Assembly (NCBI GenBank): GCA_047495785.1
Contig: JBLDXI010000021.1
Coordinates: 1 to 64,000 of the forward strand
Reading direction: 5' to 3'
DNA length: 64,000 nt
DNA from: Lepidodermella squamata
Taxonomy: Eukaryota; Animalia; Gastrotricha
Each line of letters begins with the position of its first letter. The first letter of the stretch is position 1. Shown piece after piece: positions 11,324 to 23,900 of the stretch. The translations under genes were made by a program, and so were the position numbers. Below the pieces are notes generated by a model. The model did not search any database and had not been told where the DNA came from. It saw only the letters and a list, made by a program, of their open reading frames with translations.

Positions 11324-14030
11324 TCACCGGGTCGAATCTACTTGTTCGTCTTTGCTATCGTCCTGTTGTTCAGTGTAGATCTGCGAAAGGGTTGTATCGT
11401 TCTTCTCGCCCGACTCTTGCTCCTCCAAAACTGTATGATTGCCATTATTCATCAAACGCTCATGTTCCGGGGAGAATTGATTACCGCCATTGCTGAGTGG
11501 GGTCGTTGTTCCGCCGCAAGTTTCAAGCGAAGGTCGTAGACTGTAGCTTCGATTTGCGAACGATGACTTGCTTGACGAATACATGCCGCCGCCATTTTGA
11601 TAACGACTTGAATTTGATGATTCTGTAGAAGCCATCGAGACTTTTTTGTATATGTTGGAATGTACCGGGAAGCGGCCTATTGCCGACTGAGTTCGCATCG
11701 CCTTGTTAGCCTCGCCGTTTCCGTTGTTGAGATTGTTTTGCCACGCGGGCCCGCTGATGGAAGGCCGGGAGCTAATTGAAGTCATTGCAGATTCATCCGC
11801 TGAATAAGCATTGGCTTTGCTAAAAGAGATGTCAAACGTTTCAAAAAGGATCAAATGATGGATGGAGGTGACTTACTTGCAGGTAACTATGGCGACTAGT
11901 TGCATACGTACTCGACTGAGACGAGCAGCATAAATTATAGGGTTGATTAAAGGCGACAGCATAAGAAGGCTGAAAACCCGAAAAACAACAAATTAGAACC
12001 GTCTTTCCTGAAACTTTTTCTAGTAGCATACTCTCCCGCGTTAGCTGTTATGTCCCAACACTTTTAAAACTTCTCACCTATTAAAGAAGCAGTTGATAAT
12101 TAGCATCTGAGTGTTTTCAACACTGCCTGCCCCGGGAGAATTAGATGAGTCATTATTAGGATTCGCATTCTCCGCCGTATGCCCACTGACGGGTGCTGAC
12201 GTTCTCGCCCGAACCAGCATCAACAGCTCAAAGGTGACGAAGGGCATCTAAAATCGATGAATAAAGCGGATTAGACCTTTCATAATAAGAGTCACTGAAT
12301 GGCACTCACCCAGCAAAACGTGAAAGAGCCGATGAGAAGCAGTGTCGTTAATACAAGGCGTTTGGTATTACGCTCTGCTGAGTCTCGCCGGTTCATCACT
12401 TCGTAAAAAATGCGGCCGTAGATCACGAGAAGGAGGGCATACAACGGAATTGTTAGCCCTATCACGAAAAATTCGACACCAAATTTGTTCGACGAGTAAA
12501 ACGAGCACCAATCTTCCGGTTCTTGCTGTAATAATGGAAATATAACCTATTTTTCGATTGATGGACTCACGTGATTACTTACATCTACTTCGACGAATTG
12601 GAGAATATCGTGGATGATTTGATGTAACTGAAGATCACCACTTCCGTCCCCCACCCTATAGATTGAATTATGAGCAATGAATCCGGGGCAAAAAAGTCAG
12701 ACTTACGTGGATGTTGTAGGCGGGGCTAGGGTTGTTGCAGAAGCGGATCGTCTTGAACGAGTTACGAACATCAAACTCGGCTTTTTGGAAGACTTGCCGC
12801 GGGCAGCTTTCACCGAATGCTTCGGCGTAGAAGTCACTAGCAGAGATGGCCGTTTCGTTGTCGCTCTTGTCGGCTTAACCGTAGTGACAGGAGGTAATGT
12901 TGTCGTTAAATCATAATCCTCTTCAGATTGTTGCGCTGAGTCACTATAACTTGCGTAGTTGGATCTTGAACCTGCGCCAATCGAAGAAGCGCTCGCAACA
13001 GGCGGAGGACGGGAGCGAGTGAAAAATGATACAGCTGTTATCGGTGTGTCAATGAGACTGAGCACAACAGATAGAATCCACAGGCATACGATGACGATTT
13101 GCGTTCTTCTTCCGCTCATAATCTGTAGAGATGAATCAATAAAAAACGATTAACACAACCGCTTCCGCGTTTTTTTCGATCCGGATGAACTTAATGCAAT
13201 CTTAGAGGTCAAAAATCAAAAACAGGAAATGCCTCGATTTTGGCTCAAGGTGCCAAAAAATAAACATCTAGTAAGAAGAAATGCATAAATTCACAAGACA
13301 GATTTCTCAGAATGATGTATCAGCTCAAAAATCGATAATCGTGTCTCGTTGAATTGAATATGAGATTAACTCGAGGAAAACGTCTCACCGTATTGTAACG
13401 AAGAGGTTTGAAAATTCCTAGGAAGTTGTCAGCCGTAAGACCACCAATACTGAGCAAACTGGAGAAATAGCCGAGGAGGGTTAAGCTTCTTAGAAAGTTG
13501 TTGCCACACTTCTCCAACATGGGCAATTTGAACCGCTCAGCGACGTTTTGATGCGTGAAGGTGATGATGGTTGTCGAAGCCATTAGGATATCGGCCGCCG
13601 CTAGACTGAGTAAGAAACGCCGGTAACCATGTAAGGCAAGCTTGGTTCTAACGACCGCGGCCATAATGAGGCAATTCGAAATCAGAGCTAGTATAGACGT
13701 GCAGATATCGACGATGACAAAGCCGCCACGTGGGCCTTGGAAAACTGAGGAAAATGCGTAGCTGGAGACGGAGTCTGAGCTGGAGACAGCGCCGCCAGAC
13801 GACGGCGCCGCAGAGACCATCGCACTTGGCAGGTAGAGGCGGAATAGCGCGTCAGCCGAGGCGAGAACGTCCGGCCTGTGACCAGATCGGGATGAATCAG
13901 TTAAATTAACAGCTAATAATTTCGCATTACTTGCGAAACCTAATTTCAGCGTATTGTCTTGATGCATTTTGAAGAACGAAAATGGATGAAAGACTACATA
14001 ATCGCAAGCGGGGGATAGAACTGCATTCAT
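11324..14030 (-). CDS. Orphan class A GPCR paralog GPCR-A; exons ?-13389, 13122-12707, 12655-12583, 12525-12310, 12247-12078, 11969-11877, 11819-11324 (start ATG uncertain)
   Basis: LSLAAADILM (TM2), LTADNFLGIFKPLRY (TM3), FCW|MPF (TM6), SPLINPIIYAARL (TM7). All six introns are GT-AG with matching phases. Ser/Asn-rich tail with no zinc finger. Confidence 0.88.
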
Positions 14031-17000
14031 AGGTACAAATTTGATAAGGGTTGTTTATTTTTCTTCGCGCGCTCTTTTTGAACAATGGAAGAATCTACAC
14101 TACAACCAAAATAACTTGGCGGAAGCAATAAATTAGAGTTTTTCAGCCCAACTTGTAGCGCAGCATTTCTAGTTATATTGAATTTATTAGAAGCCACGAT
14201 GTCTAAAGGGGTGAAGTAGCGCGAGTGAGTGAACTGATAGCGCATCTGACTATTATACACGCCTACTTTTCTCGATAGAGATGGGGCACTAATAAAGTAA
14301 GAACTCGATGCGCCAAGCATTCGCGCACCGAAGCTTAAATCCTAATATGTCTAGCGAAAAACGACTCAGGATCGCTGTAGTTCGTGTTATTTCATCTGTT
14401 ATCTTTTACTATCATCATAGTATTAGTATTATAGTTTACCCGGTCGATGAAAAATGCTTACGTTTCATGCTGCTGATAATCAGGGGTGAATGTAGTCATC
14501 GGCTGCTGCTGCTCATCATCGGGTGAAGTCGCAAATGCCGATGCTGTGCCATTAGCATGTTGATCAATCAACATGATAGTCTGTTTTATGTGACAGGTCG
14601 ACCCGATAAGTCGATGCTGGCGTAATATTCAACAATTAAATTTCCTCTCGCAATTGCCATAATATAGGTTGTTTTCGGCTTCCTCGTTTTTAAGCTTCGA
14701 TTTAAGCTTCATATTTATATGCTGATAATATAAATCTAATAAAATATAGATGAGACAAAGCATTATATAGTATTTTTCTATGTAACTCAGAGGCCTTCAC
14801 TTGATTTTCGTTTAAATACACTGCATGATCTTTACCCCAGTTTTTCCCTCTGGCATCATTTTGTAAGGAAATAGATTTTGATTGAAGACAAAAAATTTCT
14901 TCCTGGCTGCGCCATGAAGATTGATTTTTTTAGCCTCACATAGCTAAAAACTACTGTAGGGGCAGCAAACACCATGTTATCGGATATATGAAAAAACGAG
15001 TCAGCCTTGTTTATTTCAGGCTCGGCTAATATAATATAATAGCCCAGTAACCGAATAGTTAAGCATTTGGTCCAGCGTATTTGCCTAATAGCCAGGTAGC
15101 AGGTAGGGCTTAGTGTTAGATCTTGAAACTACTACTATTAAAATAATCAACGAGTTCAAGGTCATTAGCCATTCATTTTTTTTAATTTTTACTTCCCAAC
15201 TCTTCGGGTAGAATTTTACTGTTAGAAAGTTGCTAAGTGTGCGCCTGACTGTGCGCACTGGAAATTTTCCGCCATAATTGTCCGGTGCCTAATTTGTTTG
15301 AGAGGAAACAACAAAAAAGCCCATAATTGGAGGTATGAAAAGTTTTGTGGGAAATTCCGGCCTAATTTAGGGCCTGGAATTGGACGGTCTACGTTTTACG
15401 TAGAGCGGCGGCACGTGGCAATAAAATGATGAAAAATGATGAGATTTACTGGCTTCAACATTAACACGTCGCTTTATGGCTGCTATTTACAACTGATGAA
15501 TGGATGATAACGTGAAGAGATGAAGCAAAGATTACGTGAAGCATCAGGGAATGAGATCTATTCAGGTCTTAGTAAAGGTTATTTTTAACAATTAGTTAGA
15601 GATGCGATATGATTATTCCGATCCCAATCTGGAAGAATAAGGACAGAACTGAACTGAAGAGAAGTATAGCCAGCATTAGCCAGTCGCTTGATGGCGTTCG
15701 AACGCGGTACCTGATACCTGGTGAATGCACCATTAACCATCAGAAGGATTCAATACCTGAGCAGCGATAGTTATATAAATAAAACTTATCTAGATATCAA
15801 ATACCATTACTAAAACAAAAATTGGTGTGTTTTACATTGTGCAGTCAAAGCGTATATGGTAATGAATAGTGCATTTTTTGTGGAATCAAATAGCTAGTGT
15901 ATGCGCCCATTATTTAACAGCAATTTTACCTCTATACTATTCTATTCTATTTGACTAAAAAAATGGAAGTATCGGTTGTCATTCTCTTGCCGTGCTGCCA
16001 AGAAAAGCAACCCAGTTGACCTATTTGCTGAAGTTAACCCCATTTTTGAATTTTTTTGTAGTGAGATTGTCTCTCATATGGTTTTCAAGTATACGATGAA
16101 ACGGGCCAACATGTTGTAACTTTTTTGACTATGTTCGAGAGAAGTGAAATTCTACCATGGAAAACATCAGAGCACTTCAAAACTGGCAGTACACAGGAAT
16201 TGGTTGCCACTTGATTGTGATACAGCATACCACCTCTAACATAAGGTTGTCTATTGCGCTGCGAGTTGGAATCGATTGAACACTCCAACTAGAAAGGGGG
16301 ATTTGCTGTAATAAAAGCTTTCAATAGCATGTCCGGGCTGATTGAGCTGCGGAAGTGATTATAATTCAAGTCGCGATGGTATAAACCGAAATAAGTAACG
16401 ACGCTATACAAATCGCGAATATAAAAGCTTATTGACATAAGCTAAGGAAATAGTAAAATAATAAAGCAATAAATATTTGATATCTCCTCTTCGCACTTGC
16501 AAAGGATTTTGCCCACTTGATACTACACAGCAATATCAAACGGTGCGTATTGAAAATTACGATTATAAATACTTGATGATGTCATGTGAAACGATCGTGT
16601 TGTATATATGTAGGAAGAAATCAAATTTCCGCTCGTTGAGAGGAGTCCTGGTTCACATCCATTTCACTTGAACAGATGATCGATGGTTGGTTACAGCTAA
16701 GCTTTTTCTTACATTCGGCTTTCTTCATATTTCTCTGTATTACTATCTGACTGCTTGAAAAGGATATGTCTGATGCTAGTCATGCTTTATAGGACGGTAC
16801 GGCTTTGCGGGGGAAGTGTGATATACATGCCATAAGGCTTCCTCTTTATATCAACAGGTGGTACTAAAGGTTGTAGTGTCAGAGTGCTTGGCAATGCAAG
16901 GGGATACTATAGGATTAAAATCTCGAGGATGGCAAGCGTAAAAAACATGTAATTATTCTCAATAAATCTTTATTAAAAAATAACGGGTCTGAGGGCATTT

Positions 17001-17101
17001 CATGCACGGATCATCCTGTGATATTCTTGAACAAACGCAGATTTATAAAAATCGAGATGCATATCGGATTATGATAAAATATGAGATGTGGAAGACAACT
17101 G

Positions 17102-18667
17102 CTATCTTCGTTCAATCCTCACTCGCACAGGCCCTTTCGGGATCATTACTAATTTAACAGTCACAGGCAAGGTTCTCGGCGCGTCCTCACTGTGGGGCTT
17201 GAACCGGTATTTTCTTAGTAGGTGGATCAGCGCCATTTCCAGCTCGAGCATTGCAAACAGCTGGCCACTGCATCTTCTCGGGCCTAGGCCGAAGGCTAGG
17301 AATGCACTTTCTGGTCGATTGCTGGTTGGGTAGTCGTCGAGGAATCGATCAGGGTGGAATTCACGTGGGTTAACCGGGCCCCAGAGCTCCTCATCCATAT
17401 GAATGCTCCACATGTCGACAAGAACGGAGTTCAACGAAGGGTTTACTTCATAACCTCCAAGCGACGTTTCCTCAAGAATTTGCCTGTTGATGATGTTGAG
17501 GCCCTCTGGGTTGAGCCTTACCGTTTCCTTGCAAACAGCGTTCAAAAACGTCATTTTGTTCATAACCGTGTCGTAATCCAGCGGCGTTGAAGGGTCCGGG
17601 AAAAACTGCAGAATTTCTTCGAGTAGTCGATCCTGAACTTCTGGATACATTGCAAGGTTGTACAGCGCAAAGGCTACCGTCGTACTTGTCGTTTCATAGC
17701 CCGCCATCAAAAACATATTGATATTAGTCTTCAATTGTTCCATTGTCAGGCTTGCCCGGTTGTTAACGCTGTCCTCCGCGAAATTCGTGACATTGATCAA
17801 GTTTTGCAGCAAATCCTTAGGTTTGTGAGTTTGATTCAGTAATCGCCTTCCCTGGACCATTTGCTCGGTCCAAATTCGAAGCCATTCATAGGGTGCAAGT
17901 GGGCCGACGGCAACTTTCATTATGCCATGAACGAAGGCTTTGGCGGCTTGTCGAAGGGACGGGAAGATGTTGACCAGTTTAAACATCCATGATGAAGAAA
18001 TAACGCCAGTCTGCACCATTTCTCGCGCCTCCTGATAGACCATCATTCCATGTTTATGATTCGGATGATCGGGGTCCATAAGGTGAAGTTCAGAGCCGAA
18101 AGCTGCTCTGCATAGGGCACTCATCGCAAAGCGCTGGGAAGGTTCGCGAACATCAAAGGCGTGCTGGCCGTCGCCAGAAATTTCAGCCATAAGATCGGAT
18201 AGGCGATTCAGCTTGACTTCAATGTCTGACATAGCTCGCTTCAGTGTGTCCCGGTTGAAGAACTGGCCAGCAGCAGTTCTCAGAATTCGCCAAAATTTCG
18301 TTGTCGCGATCATCATATTGTTCATTGGATGCTGAGGTTCGGAGTCGCTGTTAGGTTGAATTCCAAAAGCGAAAACCCGGCTGTTGAAGGCTGAAGTTTG
18401 TTTCAAACAAATCTGCTCAGCTAGGTCGATGTGCGAGACAACAAGAGTAGGAATAATTCCTTCGTAGAAACCAAAAACATGGCCGTATTTTTCTCCCCAA
18501 GCTTTGATGACCTCGTGTCGATTATCCCCTCTCAGTTCCAGTGAGTTGCCGAGTAACCAGTGGGGCTCTGGTCCAGGAATGCCGAGCCTCTTGAATTCCT
18601 TGAAACAGAAATATTTCCTCCAGATGTAGAAGGCAGATGCAGCGATGAGTAGGGCGATGACTATCAT
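17102..18667 (-). CDS. Cytochrome P450, CYP3-clan-like, intronless, 521 aa
   Basis: N-terminal anchor plus IPGPEP; I-helix AGYETTS; K-helix ETVR; FHPDRF; heme motif FGLGPRRCSG. Confidence 0.95.
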   Translation of the reverse strand: MIVIALLIAASAFYIWRKYFCFKEFKRLGIPGPEPHWLLGNSLELRGDNRHEVIKAWGEKYGHVFGFYEGIIPTLVVSHIDLAEQICLKQTSAFNSRVFAFGIQPNSDSEPQHPMNNMMIATTKFWRILRTAAGQFFNRDTLKRAMSDIEVKLNRLSDLMAEISGDGQHAFDVREPSQRFAMSALCRAAFGSELHLMDPDHPNHKHGMMVYQEAREMVQTGVISSSWMFKLVNIFPSLRQAAKAFVHGIMKVAVGPLAPYEWLRIWTEQMVQGRRLLNQTHKPKDLLQNLINVTNFAEDSVNNRASLTMEQLKTNINMFLMAGYETTSTTVAFALYNLAMYPEVQDRLLEEILQFFPDPSTPLDYDTVMNKMTFLNAVCKETVRLNPEGLNIINRQILEETSLGGYEVNPSLNSVLVDMWSIHMDEELWGPVNPREFHPDRFLDDYPTSNRPESAFLAFGLGPRRCSGQLFAMLELEMALIHLLRKYRFKPHSEDAPRTLPVTVKLVMIPKGPVRVRIERR

Positions 18668-19392
18668 TTTTCAAAGTTTCTAAGAATTATATTTTAGATG
18701 CAGGTAAATTGTTTATTTAAATCACAAGAAGAAGGTTGGTATTTATACCATCTATTAACTATCATAGGATGCGTTGGGTAGGATGTCCGCCCGCATTCTA
18801 CAGGTAACCTTTTCATCGTCATAATCGCTTCAGAATCTAATATGAATAAGCGCGCTCTTCCCGTGTCGCGAGCGCTCACCTTTGTTCACACTTTTTCATG
18901 ATTCACATTCAAATTTTATGCCGTGTTTTTTATATCAGTACTGCGGTGGCATTTTTTGTTAGCTGTCCAAGCCAATGTTTCAGAATAACGTGTGGTTTCA
19001 AACAATAAGGTTCATTTTCTCGGTCATTCTGACGCTTTTGCCGTAATCTGATCTTCCTGCTTCCGCTGTATGCGTCAAATATTATTAGTTATAACATTTC
19101 CTCCCACAGAATGTATAACGTGTGCTTCCGTTTATTCATCTTTCGTCTCAATACCCACTGTAATGCGAACGAATCATTTTTGAGTCAGTCATAGTCATGT
19201 AAAGCATCTTTCATTATTGCTCATATAAACGACTACGATGCGCGTTTTCTGCCAATGAATTCCATTCACGATATTACAAAGTTGGAGATGATGCAATCAT
19301 GAGGCGGTGTGTGCAAAAATGATTCACGTTGATCTGTTTTCAATGAATCACATGACGAGCTTGAAAAGATAAATGGCACCGTTAAGGGTCGT

Positions 19393-20040
19393 GGATTAAA
19401 AACAAATTTGTGAATAAAAAAATATAATTCGTTGAAACTTTAAAAAATTATAGTCATCGCCCTACTTCTAGCTGCATCCGCCTTCTAAAATTATCTGGAG
19501 GAAATATTTTTGTTTCAAGAAATTCAAAAGGCTCGGCATTCCTGGACCAGAGCCCCACTTGCTACTTGGCAACTCACTGGAGTTGAGAGGAGATAATCAT
19601 CTTAGTCTCGATATGCAGTGTCAAAGTCCAACTACTTGTTGCTGGGTCGATCGCGATAGTGGGGCTGGTCGGGTTGGTGGGTGTGATTTCATACTATATT
19701 AATCAATTGATAGCATTGCGTGCTGCCAAGCGCCATTGATCCCATCGATGCTATCATATCGACCATCAGAGCAACACGTAGTTGGACTTTGACTCCGCAA
19801 AATCTGGCCTAAGATGATCGACACGAGGTCATCAAAGCTTTTGGGGAGAAAAGTACGGCCATGTGTTTGGTTTCTATGAAGGAATGATTCCCGCTCTTGT
19901 CGTCTCGCACATCGACCTAGCTGAGCAGATTTGTTTGAAACAAACTTCAGCCTTCAACGGCCGGGATTTCGCCCCAATTCAACCTAACAGCGACTCCGAA
20001 CCTCAGAATCCAATGAACAATGTGCTGATCGCAATGACGT
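19393..20040 (+). pseudogene. Inverted 5'-partial copy of the neighbouring P450 (5' flank plus first ~120 codons)
   Basis: Collinear with the start of 18667(-). ATG changed to ATT, TAC to TAA plus a small insertion at about 19486, a 219-bp insertion, and truncation after ...PMNNVLIAMT. Confidence 0.9.
19598..19816. mobile_element. 219-bp MITE inserted in the P450 pseudogene; CA...TG ends, 2-bp AT target duplication
   Basis: Imperfect TIRs of about 46 bp, CATCTTAG..GTCAAAGTCCAACTAC.TGTTGCT / AGCAACACGTAGTTGGACTTTGAC..CTAAGATG. The empty site GATAATCGACAC is visible in the intact gene. Confidence 0.85.
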
Positions 20041-22373
20041 CTCGCAGTAGATCGTAATCGGACTATAATTCATTCTGCCGTAGTTTAACGTGTGGTCGGC
20101 TCGCAATGATGATAAATAAAACCAAAACGTGTGATACTAGGAATATTTGATGTCAAAGAGCACAGTAAGTTCTTTCATGTGCGATATGGGCCGTAATTCA
20201 TAAGACCCGCTGGCGCCCGGGTCTAATAATTTTTCGAAATCGATCCGCCCCGGTCCGAAGTTGAAACCAGACGCAATTGCAGGATGCTACTCGCGAATCT
20301 TGCCGTCTTTTTGGTGACGCCACTGAAGTCGCTGGAATCGCTTTTCAATTTTCTCACAGTCAATAGTTGTCATTCAATAGACAGGTATGGCAAGGTAAGT
20401 TTCTTTGAAAGCGCCGACCCGTTGACAGCCCTGCTTCATCGTGCTCACTAAGTCTCATATCAGCGTCGAGTTCAAAGCTTTGATGTCCGCTAGCCCTAGA
20501 TATCTATCAATTCAATCTCTTTTCCGATTGCCGAGGAGAACGTAATATTTGGACACATAGATTTTTCATTCCCTTTATTCGCGTATTTTCCATCTGATGG
20601 CGTTTGAAATGACAACATGAGATACAGAAAGCTCGAGGAAGTGCAAAACACGTCCATATTTGTAATAACATTAAAATACTGCAAAACCAGTAATAATAAT
20701 ATAAGGCTTGATTATCACCAACGAAAATCGATAAGAGGCCATGTCAGTTTCCGTCGCGCATTCTTTCTATACTGCAGCATATAGATATGTATCAAGGTGC
20801 AATCTGCTGTCTAGTCTTAAAGGTTTCACGTTTAATATCCATCATTTCGCTTGCTGATAAATAATAAATGCCATCTCCTTTCAAAAAAAATAATAGCCGA
20901 CGCGGATCGGACACTGTCAAGCCTAATAGATAGGCCGGGGAGAGAATTAAAGTTGACTGTACAATCCCCCTCATTCCCAACCTTATACATTGCTGATTAT
21001 TGATTCATAACACGTTCTTTATCTCATGAAAATTGGCTTCTTATCGCTAGACAAAGAGCATGGTCCACTATGAGTACTGATATCACGTGATAAGCTCGCA
21101 ACTAATTTCCCAGTCTCTCAGTCTTCAGCCCGCGTGGATTTATCCTTATATAGATATAAAATACACTGGTTTTTGCATGGTTTCATGGTTTCATTAATAT
21201 TTCAGTGTCCTGGATTCGGGACTTCTGGCTGCAGCTTCTCTTCCTACAATATTTAATTAGGCTTTGGGTTTTTTACCATGCAAATCTTCTGAAGCGTTGA
21301 AAAATAAACTTGAATTTACAGCCATTTTTTGTAGTAGCTGTAAGTGCGCGTCTGCACGTGCTGCATAAACGCATTGCCAGCGTGCTATCATTCAAGAAAA
21401 GCAGCGTGAATACTACGCTCATATGCTAGTAATGTTTGGCTAGAATTGAAATTAACGCAGCTGCTTGTTAAATAGTAGTAATAAGAACAATAGAGAGAGC
21501 TACAGTCCTGTATTCTTAAAAAAGTCTGTAATGAGTATTACCTCTTCTGCTAATGGACTTTAAGCAATTGATGTTGTTTGCAAAGAACATTTTCCTAAAT
21601 TTTTGATTTACAAATCGTTTCACGAAGGTAAGAGGAAAGCTCTACCGCTGTGAAGTCGCGAAGTTGTCCGTGAGGCGTTTTAAGTAAGTCACATTTTTTC
21701 GATATTTTTTTAGAAATTTTTTGTCGATAATGCGCCAAAAGAGGCGAGTTGGTCTAGCCTATTACGTGTTTAAAATTTGACCACATCATCGGCTCCAGTC
21801 ACATTTAACCTGGTTCGCGAGTCTTTAAATGTCTCTGCAGCCTAATCTTCCCTATTTTGAGCATGTGAGTTTAATCTGGCATTCATTCGAAAATTGTGCA
21901 TCAAAAAATGGCAATGACCACCTGTCTTGGTTTTTCAATAGGTTTAATGGTTCCCCATTTGCATCGTATTTCGGGATAGAGGAGAGATCTTGCGGATTAG
22001 CTGGCAAATCTCGCTTCTTATATTGACGTAACAATCGATACTTATTTTGTCAGCAAACAGCTGTTGAAATTAATTTGTAAGAATCTGGTATAGTGAAAGC
22101 AGCCTTTGGAAAAATTCTTTGCCGCGACGGCTAGATTGAGTACAGAGATGACGCATTCCAAGACAAAATTGATCCTTTACAGCTGACTTAATTACTCGAA
22201 TTTTGCTGAATCTCGTCATCTTGATCTTGGTCGTTCATTCTGTCTTTGATCGTCGCGATTTTTTGTCAATTTTTGAAAGCATCATTTTCAAAATGTGTAC
22301 TGATTTCCTGCCAAATTTTTAATAGACTGATATTTGAGAAGTGAGTTGAACTACAATCCACGCAGTGATTCAC

Positions 22374-23765
22374 ATGAACAAGGACAAAATTGTTCATTGC
22401 AAGGTATGTTTATTCGATTATCAACGTTGTGTTTTTACATGTCTTGATTCACGCAGATATGCGCTGCAATTGTACCCAGGAGAAAAGAATATCACCCCAC
22501 GGTTTGCGAGGCGTGTCAGGTATTCGTCCTTATTCAGCCCAAACATCAAGACCTCTTAAATGACGGCTGTTTCAGAAATTTTTCCGGCGTACCTGTTCCA
22601 GGCGTGAGCAGTTAGTTTGTTCGGGTGGATCTGATAATTGCGTAATCAGTTCTGTGAATCGCCGTTTTTGCTCACGATGCCGCATGGAGAAATGTCTGGC
22701 AATGGGGATGCAGAGCAAATTCATGAAAAATAAACCCTCTCCCAACAAAACGCCATCGCCAACTTCCAGCGAAAACGTCACACCTAAGAAGGACGACGAT
22801 GTGTCATCGAACGGTTCTTCGAGCAGCGGTGGGACTCCGACTAAGATCGAAATCAAGGTGGAAGAAGGAAAAGCTATTGTAGTTGCTCAGCTAAGTCCTC
22901 CTCTAGTCCGCGATCCTGTCATGTTCGAAGGCAGTGTTATCGAAAACGTACTGCAGGCCTGTGTTTTGTCGGTGAAACAACTACGTGATTTTGAAGTTGT
23001 GAGTTTTCCTTACAATTTAGCCATTAAATTTCCTAAATTGGGTTTTCCAGGAACAAAGCTCTAACCCACTGCCAATAGTAAGCGATGTGAGGAGTTTATT
23101 CAAGGAAACTGCAGTATTAAGGGAGAAGACTTTCGTGAATTGTCTCTCCTATGCGAACATTTTCTTGTCAAATTTGGCTGACGATCGGCTTTCTGAAATC
23201 GAAGTGAAACAAAGCATGGCACGGTCTTTCTCACCTTTCGCCTTGGTTTCAAAAGTTGTATTTGGAACAGGTAAGCCAAGAGTCTTAATCCTTCATTCAA
23301 TCAGCTTCTGACTTCATAGATGAATATGCGTTTTTCGGTATTCACGACTCCGTCTGTGATGCGTTAACCTGGCTGCCAGATCTGAAGATCTCTGTGGACA
23401 ACTTCAGGAAATTAAGGTCGATTATATCCCATTGGAAGCCAACCCTAGCAGAAGCGGCTCTACTTCTCGCAACTTTATTCTTTGCCGGTAATGACGCTAA
23501 GACTCAGAAACTTCAGTGTAAATTACAACTTACAACTCGGCTATTCGCCACTGCTCTTTCAATCGGAGATCAAAATGCAGTCGATGTGGACCAACGTCTT
23601 GATAACCTCGCTAAATCGATGGAGATGGTCCAACTTTGCGTGGCTAACCTCACAACTGGAATGGCGAAAATGAGCCTTATGGCCCCGGAATTTTCACGCG
23701 GACACGCTGTTCTAAAGGGAGATCTTCATGAATTGGAGGAAAGCGTTGCTGCAAAGACGTGTTGA
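22374..23765 (+). CDS. Divergent nuclear receptor NR-A (C4 DBD plus degenerate LBD), about 393 aa; exons 22374-22403, 22457-22519, 22576-22998, 23051-23270, 23320-23765
   Basis: CK|ICAAIVPRRKEYHPTVCEACQ|KFFRR...CSGGSDNC...RRFCSRCRMEKCLAMGM. LBD helix-8-like PTLAEAALLLATLFF. Four 49-56 nt introns, all in phase. Confidence 0.88.
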
Positions 23766-23900
23766 TATTGACAATAATTCATTAATGATGTTTTCTCATG
23801 AGATAGTTCGTGTACCTGTGGCCTTGCTAACAAATGTATTTAACAACACAATATTCTTCTTTTAATATAGACAATTTTACACAAAATTGTACCCGGTGAT

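Noticed and set aside
20650-21200. Weak inverted similarity (GCAAAACCAGT...ATATAAGG versus its complement near 21145-21177)
   Set aside because: Too short and degenerate to define an element by eye.
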